A stretch of DNA of 64,000 nucleotides from Octopus vulgaris. Taxonomy: Eukaryota. The stretch is taken from the NCBI GenBank assembly GCA_951406725.2, contig OX597817.1, positions 43,772,001-43,836,000 of the forward strand. Direction: 5' to 3'. The position numbers were made by a program, and so were the translations under genes. Below are positions 40,946 to 53,926 of the stretch, piece by piece. The stretch's first letter is position 1. The number at the start of each line of letters is the position of its first letter. Under the pieces are notes generated by a model, which saw only the letters and a program-made list of their open reading frames with translations, was not told the origin of the DNA and did no database searches.

Positions 40946-43900
40946 CTGAAATTAAATACAGATGAATCACTTAGAATAATCCTTGATAAATAAAAGATAT
41001 TAAAGATATTAAGTATAATGGACAAATGAAATGATTTCATAAAATTCAGTTTAGTGTAGAACAATGATCTAGCTAAGGAGTACAAATGTGTGTTAGGTCT
41101 GATATATTTTTTAGTTATTCTATACCATTGCAGATTATGTTAAAGAAAGGAAGAAGTAACTTTAGAGAAGACATAATTTTTGATTTGTATTCTAGAAAAA
41201 AGTGTTAAATTCTTAGTTCAATGGTTCTTTTGAAATTGCAATGTGGGATTAGTAGGCAAGTGATTCAGGGTTAATAATTTGCATGAACTTTCAAAGATCA
41301 GGGATTGTTTGTATTGGTTGTTTATACTCTAGGAAGGAGCATAAGAGATAGAAATAAAGATTCTATCAGTTGTTTTGATTTAGCGAATTTTCAGTATCAG
41401 AAGCTGTTTTGAAGAAAAACATTAGCTCATGCTTTTGAAAGATGCAATTTTATTGTTGATCTAGGACTAAAGATTAATTTTGATGAACAGATATAGACTG
41501 TAAAACATAAGGTAAAATTAGTACAATTTAAGATGGAAAAATAATTCAAATTCACCAGAAATTCAACATCAAGACTTCTGAATGAGTAAAGATAAGAAGT
41601 GAATTCTTAAAATAATATAACATTGTTAAATGAAAAGAAAAACTAAACTACAAGATAAAACCAATAAATGTTCTCATTTAGAAAACATTTGTAGAGAAGG
41701 TTGTAAAATTTGTTACATTAGCTTTTTTTTTGTTTCAGTTTAAGTTTCCTTGTAAGTTAAGTTATTGTTTTAAGTAGCATGAGTTAGACAGATCCTCTGC
41801 AGCAGTATTTTACAGCCTCCACTTTGCCAACACTTCTAGATACAGGGATGTAGTATACCTATTCTAAAATCAAGATACTAATGGTAAGGATTTTCTTTTA
41901 GTCATTAGCAACTGTTTCCATATCAATACACTGGTATCATTTATATGTTTTGACACTCTAAAATAGATTAACTGCACCACAAAACAATTTCACTGTTATC
42001 CCATTCACTAGTAATTTAAGAAATTATCATTTTGTACCTTGAGGAACACTTGGACAATATTGTCATTCCACACACAAAAAGAAATCTCATATCCTTGGCA
42101 TTGCCAATAATATTATTATGAACTTCATTATAAAGAAAAGAAACATTAAATGACTCAGAATAAATTGATGACTCAGTATACTGAGTACCTTCTAAAAGTG
42201 CAATGATCTTTCTCTCACAAAACAACCAAGAATTATGGGTTGCTCCTAAATGTTAAGCAACCTACTTATCTATTATTCTAACAATTATTCCAGAAACAAA
42301 TAATATACAAGGGAATTCATTCACTTAAGTATTAAAACCTCCTTCACTAAAATCTATTTATTTACAACCAAATGTGACACATTAAAAGATATAATTTTTA
42401 CACCATTACACTTAATATCAGCAAAATTGCAGATCATGTTTAGGAAAAAACTTTCTGGGTATGCTCTATATCCATCAGATTAGAAACTTTCTCTCATACC
42501 TTCCCTTTGCACTATGTGCCAATGGAGCTTACACATGTGCCAATGGAGCTTATCAACTCTGGTGTGTCTTAAGGTTCAGTAACATCTTTCAGATTTAACT
42601 CTGTTCATTTATGAACCTGCTCTACTTTTATAGACACTTCTATGCAAATGATACTATACTTTAATATTTCTTAACTTTACATCCACAAGCATCATTCACA
42701 CATGACCTAAACACCCAACACCATGCACTCACAAGTGAAACAATCAATAGAATCATGACGACTTTATCTCCTTTAATACACATACAAATACTAGGCTTTG
42801 TATCTGATGATCTTCCTTATGAATAACATTATCAAAACTGCATTACAAAGACTAGGATTCTTTTTTTAGAATCCCAGAATCTTTTACAAGTTAACCATCT
42901 ATAAAGTTCAAATAAAATCCATGCTAGTGTACTATTCATATCTATGGGATGTTGTTGCTACACATCGGTCTGGGAACCCTACAAGTGTCATAAACACTGT
43001 TCTTTCTCTTTTGATTAACTTATAAAAACAAAACACTTGTTAAGAAGCACAAATTTCACACTGGGTTGTTAACCATTAGTAATAATTGGGATACAAACTC
43101 ATCAATAAAGTTTGCCCTGAAAGGAGCCTATTCAATGTGCTATAAATAGCCTGCCAATACTCTACAGATCACAACCTGCTATTTTCAGAAGAGAAATACA
43201 TATGAAGCAATGTAATCTGAAACATGTTTTAAAAAGCAACAAAGTATGGGTGGCCTTGGCTAGAATGCTTTTGATCTAAGATCTATTTAACCAGAGCCAA
43301 CATGTGGTTAAACAACAATCATATTGTTTATCACACAGATGTTACCAGCGTCTCTGAACATGTCTTAAACACATTGGATAAAAAGGCAGATGGAATATAC
43401 TATAATTTCATATATCCATGGTTTCTGAACAGATTGTGGTATATCAATGTTCTTTAAATTGAGACACAGTGACAGAAACAATTGGAACAATTTCTTTTAA
43501 AATCAGAAACAATATTATTCTCAAAAGAAAAAAAAATCTAGGCTATTATATTAGTTAATACTTGTCAATTCAGCATGAAATGTTTCATGTATGAAATTCT
43601 ATTATATCATTGAAATGAATCAGAAAAAAAAGTTATTCTGACAATAGCAGAAGCTGGAGGAAATTCAGAAAATATATACAATAAAAGAATTTCTTTCGTA
43701 GATAAAAGGTAGATAATATAATGTATATGATGAGAAATACTTTCATGTAGTTGTAGGCTAGGATTAGTAAAAGAAAATGATATTATTTAACTTGAAGGAA
43801 ATAAATTGAATAACTTCACTAAATCCAAAATCTGATTAAGATGTACCATTCACAGAATAAGCTGTAGGTAGTGAAAACTTATACTTAGAATGAATGTGAA

Positions 43901-44322
43901 GAAAAGGGAGAAATTCTATGATCACAAGTTTTGTAGAGTTGACTTTCAGACAAAGAAGACTTAAGGTGGAATAGAACTTGTTAAAAGACCCAGACAAATT
44001 AAGAAACTAATAAAATTTAGATTGAATTTGAAATAGATTCTGACTGAGAAAATGCATAACAACATTACCAATGAAACATGAGCAAATGAAAGAATCTCTC
44101 AATAGTTGTTTAACCTGCTAGAAATAGCAGCTAGTCTCTCTCAGATGACACTCTACCATTTCAGGAAGAACATATTGGATAATGCAGTGCTAAATATATT
44201 ATGTCTCAAAATAGACAAGAGAGTTAAAATTGGAAAACATTTAACTATAATTCCGCTGCCCAATAAGGGCTGCCCTAACCCTAACCTAACAGTAAGTAAC
44301 AATGAAATGTGTCTGAAAGTAC

Positions 44323-44427
44323 CTGATATTTCTCCACGGTATGCCTTCTGAATCTGTGAGTCCCAGCTATCTTTCTTTCCACCAATGTATATGTAAGCTT
44401 GGTTGTTGAATATACTCATTTGCTCAC
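44323..44427 (-). CDS. NRXN: Neurexin LNS6 exon immediately after the splice-site-4 position
   Basis: 105 nt, cttttacag|...TCAG|gtactt. Encodes GEQMSIFNNQAYIYIGGKKDSWDSQIQKAYRGEISG, similar to vertebrate [30 protein letters not shown]. Phase 1 to phase 1. Confidence 0.95.
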
Positions 44428-47400
44428 CTGTAAAAGATAATTCAGATAACATGAATGTAAGAATATGACAAGCTGAATACACAGAATGAGTGAAGATGTA
44501 ACAGAATGACTGCTAAATTATAAGTTTGAAATCCAATTTCCAGATTTTACATGAGTTTTTTTTTTACTTCTGCATCAGATAAAGTTTATATTTATCAGTG
44601 ATGCTTTTGTTTCCTTAAGAGTTGTTTCCATATATGAAATCATTTTTATTATGACTATTATTCATTACTGTAATAAGTAATGAATTTTAATATAGTGAAT
44701 CGATATCATCATTATCAATATAATTATCACTAAGTATTGTTGTTAAAAACATTATTGTAACAATTTAAAAATGCTTTAACGTTCTAATTATAGTCCAAGA
44801 TTTTTTCCTTAGCACTAGTAAATTATATTAGTAAATTTGTTAGTATGAGTTGAATTAGAGGGGTGAGAAATAGTGATGAGCATTGAAAGATCTTAACACC
44901 AAAGGATATGTTGCATTAGTTATAGGCTAAATAATTCATCAATGTAGGTGAAGTACAGATTTTAAGTACACTGATTTCTGTATAATATTGATACTATATA
45001 TGACAGTCTTACTGCAAAAAGGGATTAAAAATGAGAATCATATAGTCTCTCGCCAAATCAATACTCTCTTTCAATTCTCTTGATTTGATAGTTTTGCATA
45101 AGGTTAAATTGAGATTTATGAATTTCAGTATTGCATGACTTAAGCTTAGAGATGTGGTACATTCATTTACTCTAAAAATTAGTTCATGAATCTTTGTATC
45201 ACACAGTTTTCAAAGCATCCTTATTCCAAAGCAACATAGTTATTTGTTATAGAATTAGATTCAAGAAATATGGAATGCCTCAACTATATTTTTAATAATG
45301 AGTTTGGTTATCACTGCAAAAATTATAAATTGTTAATTTTCTAATTCTACTCTCTAAGTTATTTCACAATGAATATTTTGATTCCCTATTATATAGCAGG
45401 TTGTTATCTTTTATCATAATAGGCAAACACAGAGTAGTGGATTGGAAGAATCACAAGCATATTAGCTGGTTCTTTATGGCCTGAGTTCAAGTCTTCCTGA
45501 GATCAACTTTACTCATCATCTTCCCAGGTTCAATAAAATAAAGTATCAGTCAAGTTGACTAATCTCTAATGCCTGTGTTAGAAACAATTATATTAAGATA
45601 ATACTGTTATTTACCCCTTAGTTGTCTCAGCTACTTCCTTTTAGGATATCCATCATTATCTACCATATATGTTCTATTAAACAATACCCAAGTATTTTAT
45701 TTTTCTCTAAATTAAAGGATTATATTTATTGTTACAAATACTCTTGGGTAAATTCCGAGAAAAACAAATAAACAAAACAAAACAAAAATGTAAACAAACC
45801 AAACACTTTTAAAATTGAAAGCAAAATAATTTGATTGTTTTTATGATAATGCAAATAACTTACAATGAATTAAAATTCTCATGTTGAAATTAAATTAAGA
45901 TTAATATTCAAATAATGAATATAATAACAGGCCTTACTATTCATTGAAAGTAACAGTTGTTATTAGAACATGACAATAAAATCTTTGATTTTACATGTAA
46001 AACTGGAACCTAATACTGTAGAAATTTCTTTAGGATAATCCAAAAGCAATGCTTCCTCTAAACTGAAATCCTAGCTAGATTAAAACAATAATAACAAACC
46101 TTATTTTGATACAAGTAATACAAAATATATACTCTGAGAACTAAGATTCTAAAATCCAGGTAATAAAATCACACACTTATACACACAGACAAGCACATGC
46201 ATGTGTATGCACGCACATACATCCACACCTACACACACACACGCACACACCCTCACACACCCACACACACAATTAGACCTGTAGAATCCCAAAAGGAATC
46301 AATCTTAGTTAAAAACATGGAATATTCTATTTAGAACACTGAAATTTGTTTATTTAAGATTTTTATAGACAACTTCCTTTTATTATTCATGAAAAAATAA
46401 ATTTTATTTCATAAAAATCTAAGGATTAAAATTTCTGTACATATAAATGTTTTGAAGTTATTTTTAATGCATTCTGTTCAGAAAGACAGGAGAACTGAAG
46501 GGAAAGCAGAAGAAAATTGATTTAATACTCCAAAGAATAATAATATAACAACTAGAGAAAATCAATATATCTCTATTCTGGGGTTAGATTTTTCACTTCA
46601 AAATAAAGCATACGTATAGAAGTAGCCATTTATGTATGTCCAGCATTGTGTGTGCTGATATATACATTTTCATACATGTGTACTTATAACAGGTTCTGTT
46701 TAGAACAAAATCTGTCAAACAGGACATTCATTTTATAAGTCAACTTATCCTATCAGTGTATATATGATATGTATACTTACAATAAGTGAAAGTATATCCA
46801 AGCAACAGTAAATTTTCAAATCCATATTTTGATTTATATTTGTTAACAAGTTGTTATATAATGTTTGTGTACAAAAGAACCTGTTAAAACTAAGTTCAAT
46901 CATATGCTTCTCCGTGTTTAATAATTTTTCTGTTTAAAAATGAAGCATCTTTAAACATCTTCTGGAGCATTTGAAGAACACCTCAGTTTTGAACTTGATA
47001 AAATTTTTGTAATACACATATACACCTCAGGGTGGAAGAAATTGCTTATATATTTACTCCACTCATATACTTGAATGCAGCCAAAGAAAGCTGTCTAAAT
47101 GATGTACTAATAAATACTTCTGAAAAATTAAAAACACTGTCAAACTGCATCTTTTATAACTGCTGTTATAACAGTTAGAAAAGATCTAATGTCCTCATTT
47201 AAGTTTATTTAATTTATTCTTTATTCCTATTATCATTATTATTGTCTCTCCTTTCAAATATTCTGTTGAGTATATTGACTATTCTTTTCAGATGCCTCTC
47301 TCCCAAATTATTAAGTACCAATTATTCAAATTAAATAAAACCTTCACTCTAGTATAAAAGAACATGCAAAATGGTACTATAATCGCTTTCTTTTTGACTC

Positions 47401-47454
47401 AGATCTCAAGAGACTTAAAAATTTAAATACTTCTAAGACAAATTCCCCTAACAT

Positions 47455-47619
47455 AAGTTGCTCTTGGATAAGATGGAAAGTATGGTATGTCTGTTAGCTC
47501 TCACTCTTTTTTTTTCACCCTCCACCACATGTATATATATATACATGCGGTGGAAGGTGGAAAAAAAGAGCAAGAGCTAACAGACATACTATATTTTCCA
47601 TCTTATCCAAGAATAACTT
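47455..47619. repeat. Long near-perfect palindrome (~80-bp arms) centred on (TA)n
   Basis: The left arm aagttgctcttggataagatggaaag... is the reverse complement of the right arm ...ttttccatcttatccaagaataactt. Confidence 0.95.
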
Positions 47620-47738
47620 GGCTATATGCATACATACATACATAAATGAATATATAAAATGAATTTAAATGACATTTAAAATTTATGACAACTGTTTTGC
47701 TAAAATTTTATTCAAGGTAGTCATAAAAGATTACATCA

Positions 47739-47814
47739 TAATATACAATCCACCATCATCAGGTAAAATTTTGAACAAGTAAGATTTTACTTGATGATGG
47801 TGGATTGTATATTA
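47739..47814. repeat. Hairpin, ~34-bp arms
   Basis: taatatacaatccaccatcatcaggtaaaatttt / aagattttacttgatgatggtggattgtatatta. Confidence 0.95.
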
Positions 47815-48094
47815 AATAAAATTCTACTGAAACAGCTGTCTTAAATTTTGAACACCATGCATGTTTAGTATTTAAACGTATGCTACACCAAGGATTCACT
47901 GGATTAATGGATCAATGGTTACAAATTGGATTTGGTACTTGTATATCTATGGTATTCTGCCAGCAATTGAAGTCTACAATATTGTTTTATTTCACTGTGG
48001 CCTCTACATGTTTGTGCCTAGCCATTGTCTGGCATCTTTCATGCTGTTGTGTTTTGATTCTTAAAGAATCCCTATAGCTAAATTTTATAACTAT

Positions 48095-48161
48095 CTGTCT
48101 CTCTGTTTGTCTGTCTGTCTGTCTGTCTGCCTGCCTGCCTGTCTGTCTGTCTGTCTGTCTT

Positions 48162-48252
<91 letters not shown>
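48095..48252. repeat. (TCTG)n(TCTA)n microsatellite
   Basis: Seen directly. Confidence 0.95.
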
Positions 48253-48253
<1 letters not shown>

Positions 48254-48385
48254 CACACACACACACAAACATTTGTTCATTGTTAATAAATATATTAATA
48301 AACACACAAGATATGATACAAACACTGTACACATGTAGAAAACAACTTTTCTTCCCAAATGAATATCTGTGAACACACATGTACA

Positions 48386-48590
48386 TATGAGGGTGTGCTG
48401 AAAAGTTCCTGGCTTTGGGCAAAAGAAAATGCAGGGGGATCAGTTAATTAGTATTTTATTAAACATATTCCCCTCTCAGATTCACACACTTATTGCAGCA
48501 GTCCTCAAATTTTCTATGCCCCATAAAAGAACTCAGAAAGTTGGGCCTCCAACCAAACCTTTTATGATACCCTTAAAGCACCCCACCATA
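48386..48590. mobile_element. Non-autonomous mariner derivative (MITE-like)
   Basis: Begins ta-tgagggtgtgctgaaaagttcctggct, similar to the TIR at 17802; ends agcaccccaccata. Confidence 0.65.
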
Positions 48591-49899
48591 TGCATATATT
48601 CATCTTTATATTATACCTTATATAAGATGTAAAAAGTCTGGAAACTATAACAACCAGACTTATAGGTTATGGTTTGAAATGTTAGAGTAAGAAGTGATTT
48701 TTGTAATATGAGCAGGTACACTATTTTACACTAATCAGTCTAACATGAAAATAAATACAACTCTTACTTTAAGGTTAACTAATTGATGTTACAAAAAGTT
48801 ATCTAGGTATGAAATACTGCATGGACATCTAACGTACATGTTCGTGTTTGCTGAAATTTATACATAAAATGTAGCATAAAATTTATACCAGTAATGAAAT
48901 TTTTATTAGGATTTGTTGAAGTAAAATGAAAGTGTTTTTTTTCACTCTATCTCCTCTCTCTCCTCTCTCTCTCTCTCCCTCTCTTTCTTTCTCCCTCTCT
49001 CAAACACACACAGAGAAATTGTTTTGAAGGTTTGTTTTAAAATTATTTAATGTTAAAACATATTTGTGAAAAAAAAAATGCCTGATAATAAAGCTTTTAC
49101 GCGAGCAGCTAAGTGCTTTGCTGAAGGTAGCATAGAATCACTAATAAACAACAAACTGAAAAGGATAACCACTGGTATGAAATAGATATGAAAGTGGACA
49201 TGAAAGATATTGCAAAAGTAACTATGTTCAATATATCAAAATATATTTCAAACTTATAACATTCACATACTTTGAATTTATTTGGTCATGTAAAGTAGTA
49301 TTAGTGTTATAACCTCATATTTACACAAATATGTTTATACCAGTATGGTTTAAGTGTATAAATATGCTGTTTACATTATCATTTATATGTTTAAGTAATA
49401 ATCATATCAGGTCATAGGGAATGTGGCAAGTAAATGGTATACTATAGAAATAATATTTCAAATAAATAAACTAAGCCTGTTATTGACAATAAACTACTTT
49501 TATAAACATTTTATGATGTGTGAATTTTATGATACATATTGAAAAAGAATCAATATTTTCAGTAAGCCAAACCCACAGACCATAGACATTGGAGAGTCAA
49601 TATATAGAATGAATAACTGAAGGTGTATTATGCTATTTTGTCCAGCAAGTGCATGAGTATAACAAGTATGTATATATAGACAAACCGTCATTTACTCATC
49701 GTCTAAAACCTTTGATCATACATGACATGAAAAATCTTGCAACATTGGTTTCTGTAGTAGTTGGTAATGAGTTAATAACATAATGACCAGCTATTCACAG
49801 TACTCTGGAATAGTAGTTCATGATTATGGAAAGAGATAAACAAGGCAGTGGGAGCTACCAAAAATATCAATTTTCATATGATTGCTCAGTTGTACTGAA

Positions 49900-50800
49900 G
49901 ACTACACTACTCTATGAGATTACTCATGGTTAGAGGGACTAGACATTGAGCTAGAGAATTTAAATGATGACTGACAAAATAATGAAGCTTAGAAAAGTTA
50001 TAGGTGACACAATATCAGCACTGATCTCTGCATATGCACTGCAATCAGGTCAGATTGATGAAGGAAAGGACCATTTCTATGAGAACTTCTTGCAGACTAC
50101 CGCAATAAAACATGATAGTAACCTCCTTATTATACCTTGATGACTTTAACGAACATATTGGGCAACACCATAATGGCTATTCTGAAGAATTCTGAGTGAA
50201 TGAAGAAGGCTCTTAGAGTTCTCTGATGCAAATGATCATACCATTTGCAATATTAACTTCAGGAAATCAGCCAGCTAATCACTCAAGCAAAAATGCAAGC
50301 TAAATAGACCTTAAACACATAAGAAAACAGGATAGACAGTTGTGCATGCTAAGTCTTTCACCAATGAAGAATGTACTGCTTATCATTGACTAACACTTGG
50401 TGACATTGGAGTAAGAGCTAGTTGGACTTTGAAATGCAAGGTAATCTGGAGAATGAGGGTATAGAAGTTGAAAGATCCTTCTGTTTAATGTAAGTTCAAA
50501 TAAATACCAGTTAATGTGTATGTCAAAAAGAAGAGAATGACCCATAATATGGATTATAACTAGGATTTCTACAAGACAACTTGCTGTAAGTTAAAGATCA
50601 GGTCTATGGAGGAACAAAGTCCTAGTAAACTGAAATTAACATGGTAGTGGAATGGTCCAATAAACCAATAAACAGAACTATAAAGCTAAAATACAAGCAT
50701 GAAAAGAATGCAGGAAAATGAAGGGAAAAGCACCAAATCATATAACAAGAAGAGAGGCTAGATGTTAAGTATAAATAAAAAGGAGGAAAGTGAAAGTATG
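49900..50800 (+). mobile_element. RTE-clade LINE AP-endonuclease fragment
   Basis: ISAYALQSGQIDEGKDHFYE...DFNEHIG and LLEF.DANDHTICNINFRK match RTE endonuclease motifs; many stops and frameshifts. Confidence 0.8.
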
Positions 50801-51014
50801 AGATTTGTCAATACACACACACACACATAGACACCAATAGGTAGGGATCACATCAATCATGGCCGTTAGTTCAATAGCATGCAGCATGAAATTAGCTAAT
50901 AAGATACTCTGAGGAAAAAATTGATAGATTTGATTTGTTAATTAATCAATAAATAATAATAGAAATATTATTATTTCTAAATTTCTCTAAAGGAGACTAT
51001 GGCAACAGTACTGG

Positions 51015-51078
51015 GTGTTAATAGTTATTGCCAAGCTAACATGGACTGCCATGTTAGCTTGGTGATAACTATTAATAC
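51015..51078. repeat. Hairpin, 30-bp arms, 4-nt loop
   Basis: gtgttaatagttattgccaagctaacatgg-actg-ccatgttagcttggtgataactattaatac. Confidence 0.95.
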
Positions 51079-51459
51079 AATTAATACTTCTTCTTCTATT
51101 ACAAAACTGGAACAATTTAGGAAAGATAACAGGCACTCTACAACTCCATAGCATATGCTAAACATACAACAAGGTTGGGAAAATGGATATGTGCTGTTCA
51201 ATTGTGCTTACATTTGATTTTTTTTCTCCCCTGCTTTTGCTGTTTGAATGTAAGTGCAATCAATTTCTGTTACCTTGGCAGTTTGGTGGCCTGAGGTGTA
51301 GCAGGCATTAGTATAACATAATACACATGTAATCAATAAAAAATGTCTTGCTACCAAAACATGTGTAGCACAGATTGAACTGCCAATGTCTATTCTTTTA
51401 AATTTGCATGTATGTATACATACATATATGCATGCATGCATACATACATGCATGCATGC

Positions 51460-51490
<31 letters not shown>

Positions 51491-52974
51491 CATACATACA
51501 TACATACATACATACATACATGCCACTGTCCATTCTGAATTATTCCTCTTGGCTCATTTTTATTTATGCAGATTACCTAGGTCTTTAATTCTGCTGGGAG
51601 TATGAGATACCTATTGAGGTAGAAACATAGGTACACAACCGTCCTCTTATCCCTAGATTATCAGAATGTTTTATTTCTTAATGGTATGTCAGTTCATAAG
51701 AAGTCTTGATTCTTGAGAATTTCTCCCTTTCTCATTTAGAATTGGTTCTAATAGCCACCAGGTTCTATCTTCTATGAAAGCAGTTAACTTATTCCTTTTA
51801 GTCAAATACATACTACAGTCCATTCTGAATTATTCTTTTTAGTTTTCATTTTTACAATGCATGAACAAACAAACAAACAAACACACACACACACACACAC
51901 AAGCATGCACACACACACACACACACACACAGACACATACACACACACAGATGCTAGTTAGCAATTCCCAATATTTGTGCATTATAATTGTTTTTAGTTT
52001 ATCATATCCATTTAGCTGCCATGAACTTATTCATTGCTAAATATTCTCCCTGTATGAATTACCGTAAGCTTAGCAACTCAGTCTGTATGCCTTATTCCAC
52101 ACAAGATTGACAATTTTAATGCCAAGCCATACAAGATAAAACTATCCTACCTGATTTGGTAGCTAGAGACCATCTACTCATGGGACAATCTTATTCTAAG
52201 TGCATCCTATCTTAACACCATGGAGAGATAAGGTTTCTTGCAATACTATAAAGTAGTATGTATTAGGAAGATCATCTAGCCATAAAGATATGGCAGAGAA
52301 GGGAAATTCAAAGAATTCTAACAACATTTTTAGCTCTTCATCTTAAGAAAATATAATTTCTTACAAGTTACACAAAATACTGTTTTATATGACAAGTTCT
52401 TTATCATAATTATGAATGATATTCTGAATTTATTTATGAGCATTATATACAATCTGCATGATTTATTATTTTCCATTTTGTAGCATTCGCTCATTCATTC
52501 AAGTAAATCAGGAAAGCTGAGTCAAATTTTTACATTCCCCATTAATCACACTATTGGCATTTAATGCAGCGAAGAATATAACTGGATCATTTATCATGTA
52601 TATATACCTATATTTATATGATACAGTGTAATATGTGACGATGTGTTATACTGTATTACGTAAATTTGCATGTACTTGGGTGGTTGTAATTGTGTGGATA
52701 TTTCCATGATTCAAAGTATTGGTATAGTATGAATGCTTATATGTACTGTAAAAATATATTTATATACAAATTGAGGTTGCAGTCATAAGCTGATTTGTAT
52801 ATGTAGATCTGTAAGTCATTTTATACAAATCTATTGAATTATATAATGAAGAAATGAACATAGTGTTTATACAGTTACACAGACTCACAAGCACAAAAAC
52901 ACACACATTTTATATATACACACACACCCACAAACGCATTACATATATACTGTATAAGTGTGTATGTGTGTGAT

Positions 52975-53120
52975 GCTGGCATGGCTATGCAGTTGAGAAG
53001 TTTGCCTGCCAATTATGAGGTTTTTGGTTCTGTCCCCAGTGGGACAGAACCTAAAAACTAATAGTGGGCAGAAAGCCTTGTGAGTGGATTTGTTTGATAG
53101 AAATGAAAGAAGTCTGTCTA
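52975..53120 (+). mobile_element. SINE family B with internal inverted duplication
   Basis: Head atggct.tgc.gttgagaagtttgc and tail aagccttgtgagtggatttg match the family; the middle is replaced by a palindrome. Confidence 0.75.
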
Positions 53121-53124
53121 CAGA

Positions 53125-53500
53125 ATATGGGGTCTGTGGAAGAACTTCCCATCCTAGAAGTGTTCGATTTTCATGGGTTTATTTTTCCAAATGAGTCCTC
53201 GCATTGTTATGCTGCAGAAGAACTCCTCTTCTGTTTACAAAAGACACACATAATTCTTTATTTACATGATTGAGTTGTGGGCAGTAAACACCTGCAGTAA
53301 TGATCTTTTTTTCTTCTTTCAGTAATTCATAAAGGATAACACCATTCATGTTCCACAAGATACTTAGCAAGGACTTCAGTGGATCAATCCAAATGTTGGT
53401 GTTGGCACTAGTTTCCTATTTACAGACAGCTAGTGACCTTTTTTTTTTCTTTTTAGGGATGCTATATCCATCTCATGTCAGCTACAACAATACAGTGCAG
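53125..53500 (-). mobile_element. Mariner transposase fragment
   Basis: MLSILWNMNGVILYELL...ITAGVYCPQL...RRGVLLQHNNARTH. Confidence 0.85.
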
Positions 53501-53594
53501 AAACAAGAGATTGTAATTCCCACTGCAAATAGTAGAGTGTTGAAAGAACTCATGAGGAAGAAACCAAACATTGTGTTGCACTGGCAGAAGCAAG

Positions 53595-53800
53595 GCAGGG
53601 AGCTGGCAGAATCATTAGCATGCTGGGAAAAATGTTTAGTGGCATTTCATCCATCTTTACATTCTCAGTTCAAATACTGCTGAAGTTGACTTTGTCTTTC
53701 ATCCTTCCAGCATCTATAAAATAAGTACCAACTGAACTCTTGGGTTGATGTAATTGACTTGCCTCTCCCCTAAAATGTCTGACCTTGTGCCAAAATTTGA
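53595..53800 (+). mobile_element. SINE family A, plus orientation
   Basis: ggagctggcagaatcattagca...cagttcaaatactgctgaagttgactttgtctttcatcctt. Confidence 0.85.
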
Positions 53801-53804
53801 TGCC

Positions 53805-53926
53805 AGTAGTTAACAGAAGTAACAGAGTGACTCAAGGGCTGAGAGTTTCGTGTGTTAGCCCTTATCAAAGTGTTAATATATGAAATTCTCAACCCTTAAG
53901 TTACTCTGTTGCATCTGCTAAATATT
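53805..53926. repeat. Hairpin, ~50-bp arms
   Basis: 53810-53859 is the reverse complement of 53872-53921 with 11 mismatches. Confidence 0.9.

Noticed and set aside
42514-42552. 21-bp tandem duplication atgtgccaatggagctta
   Set aside because: Ordinary slippage duplication, like the gtccattctgaattattc direct repeat at 51528/51818.
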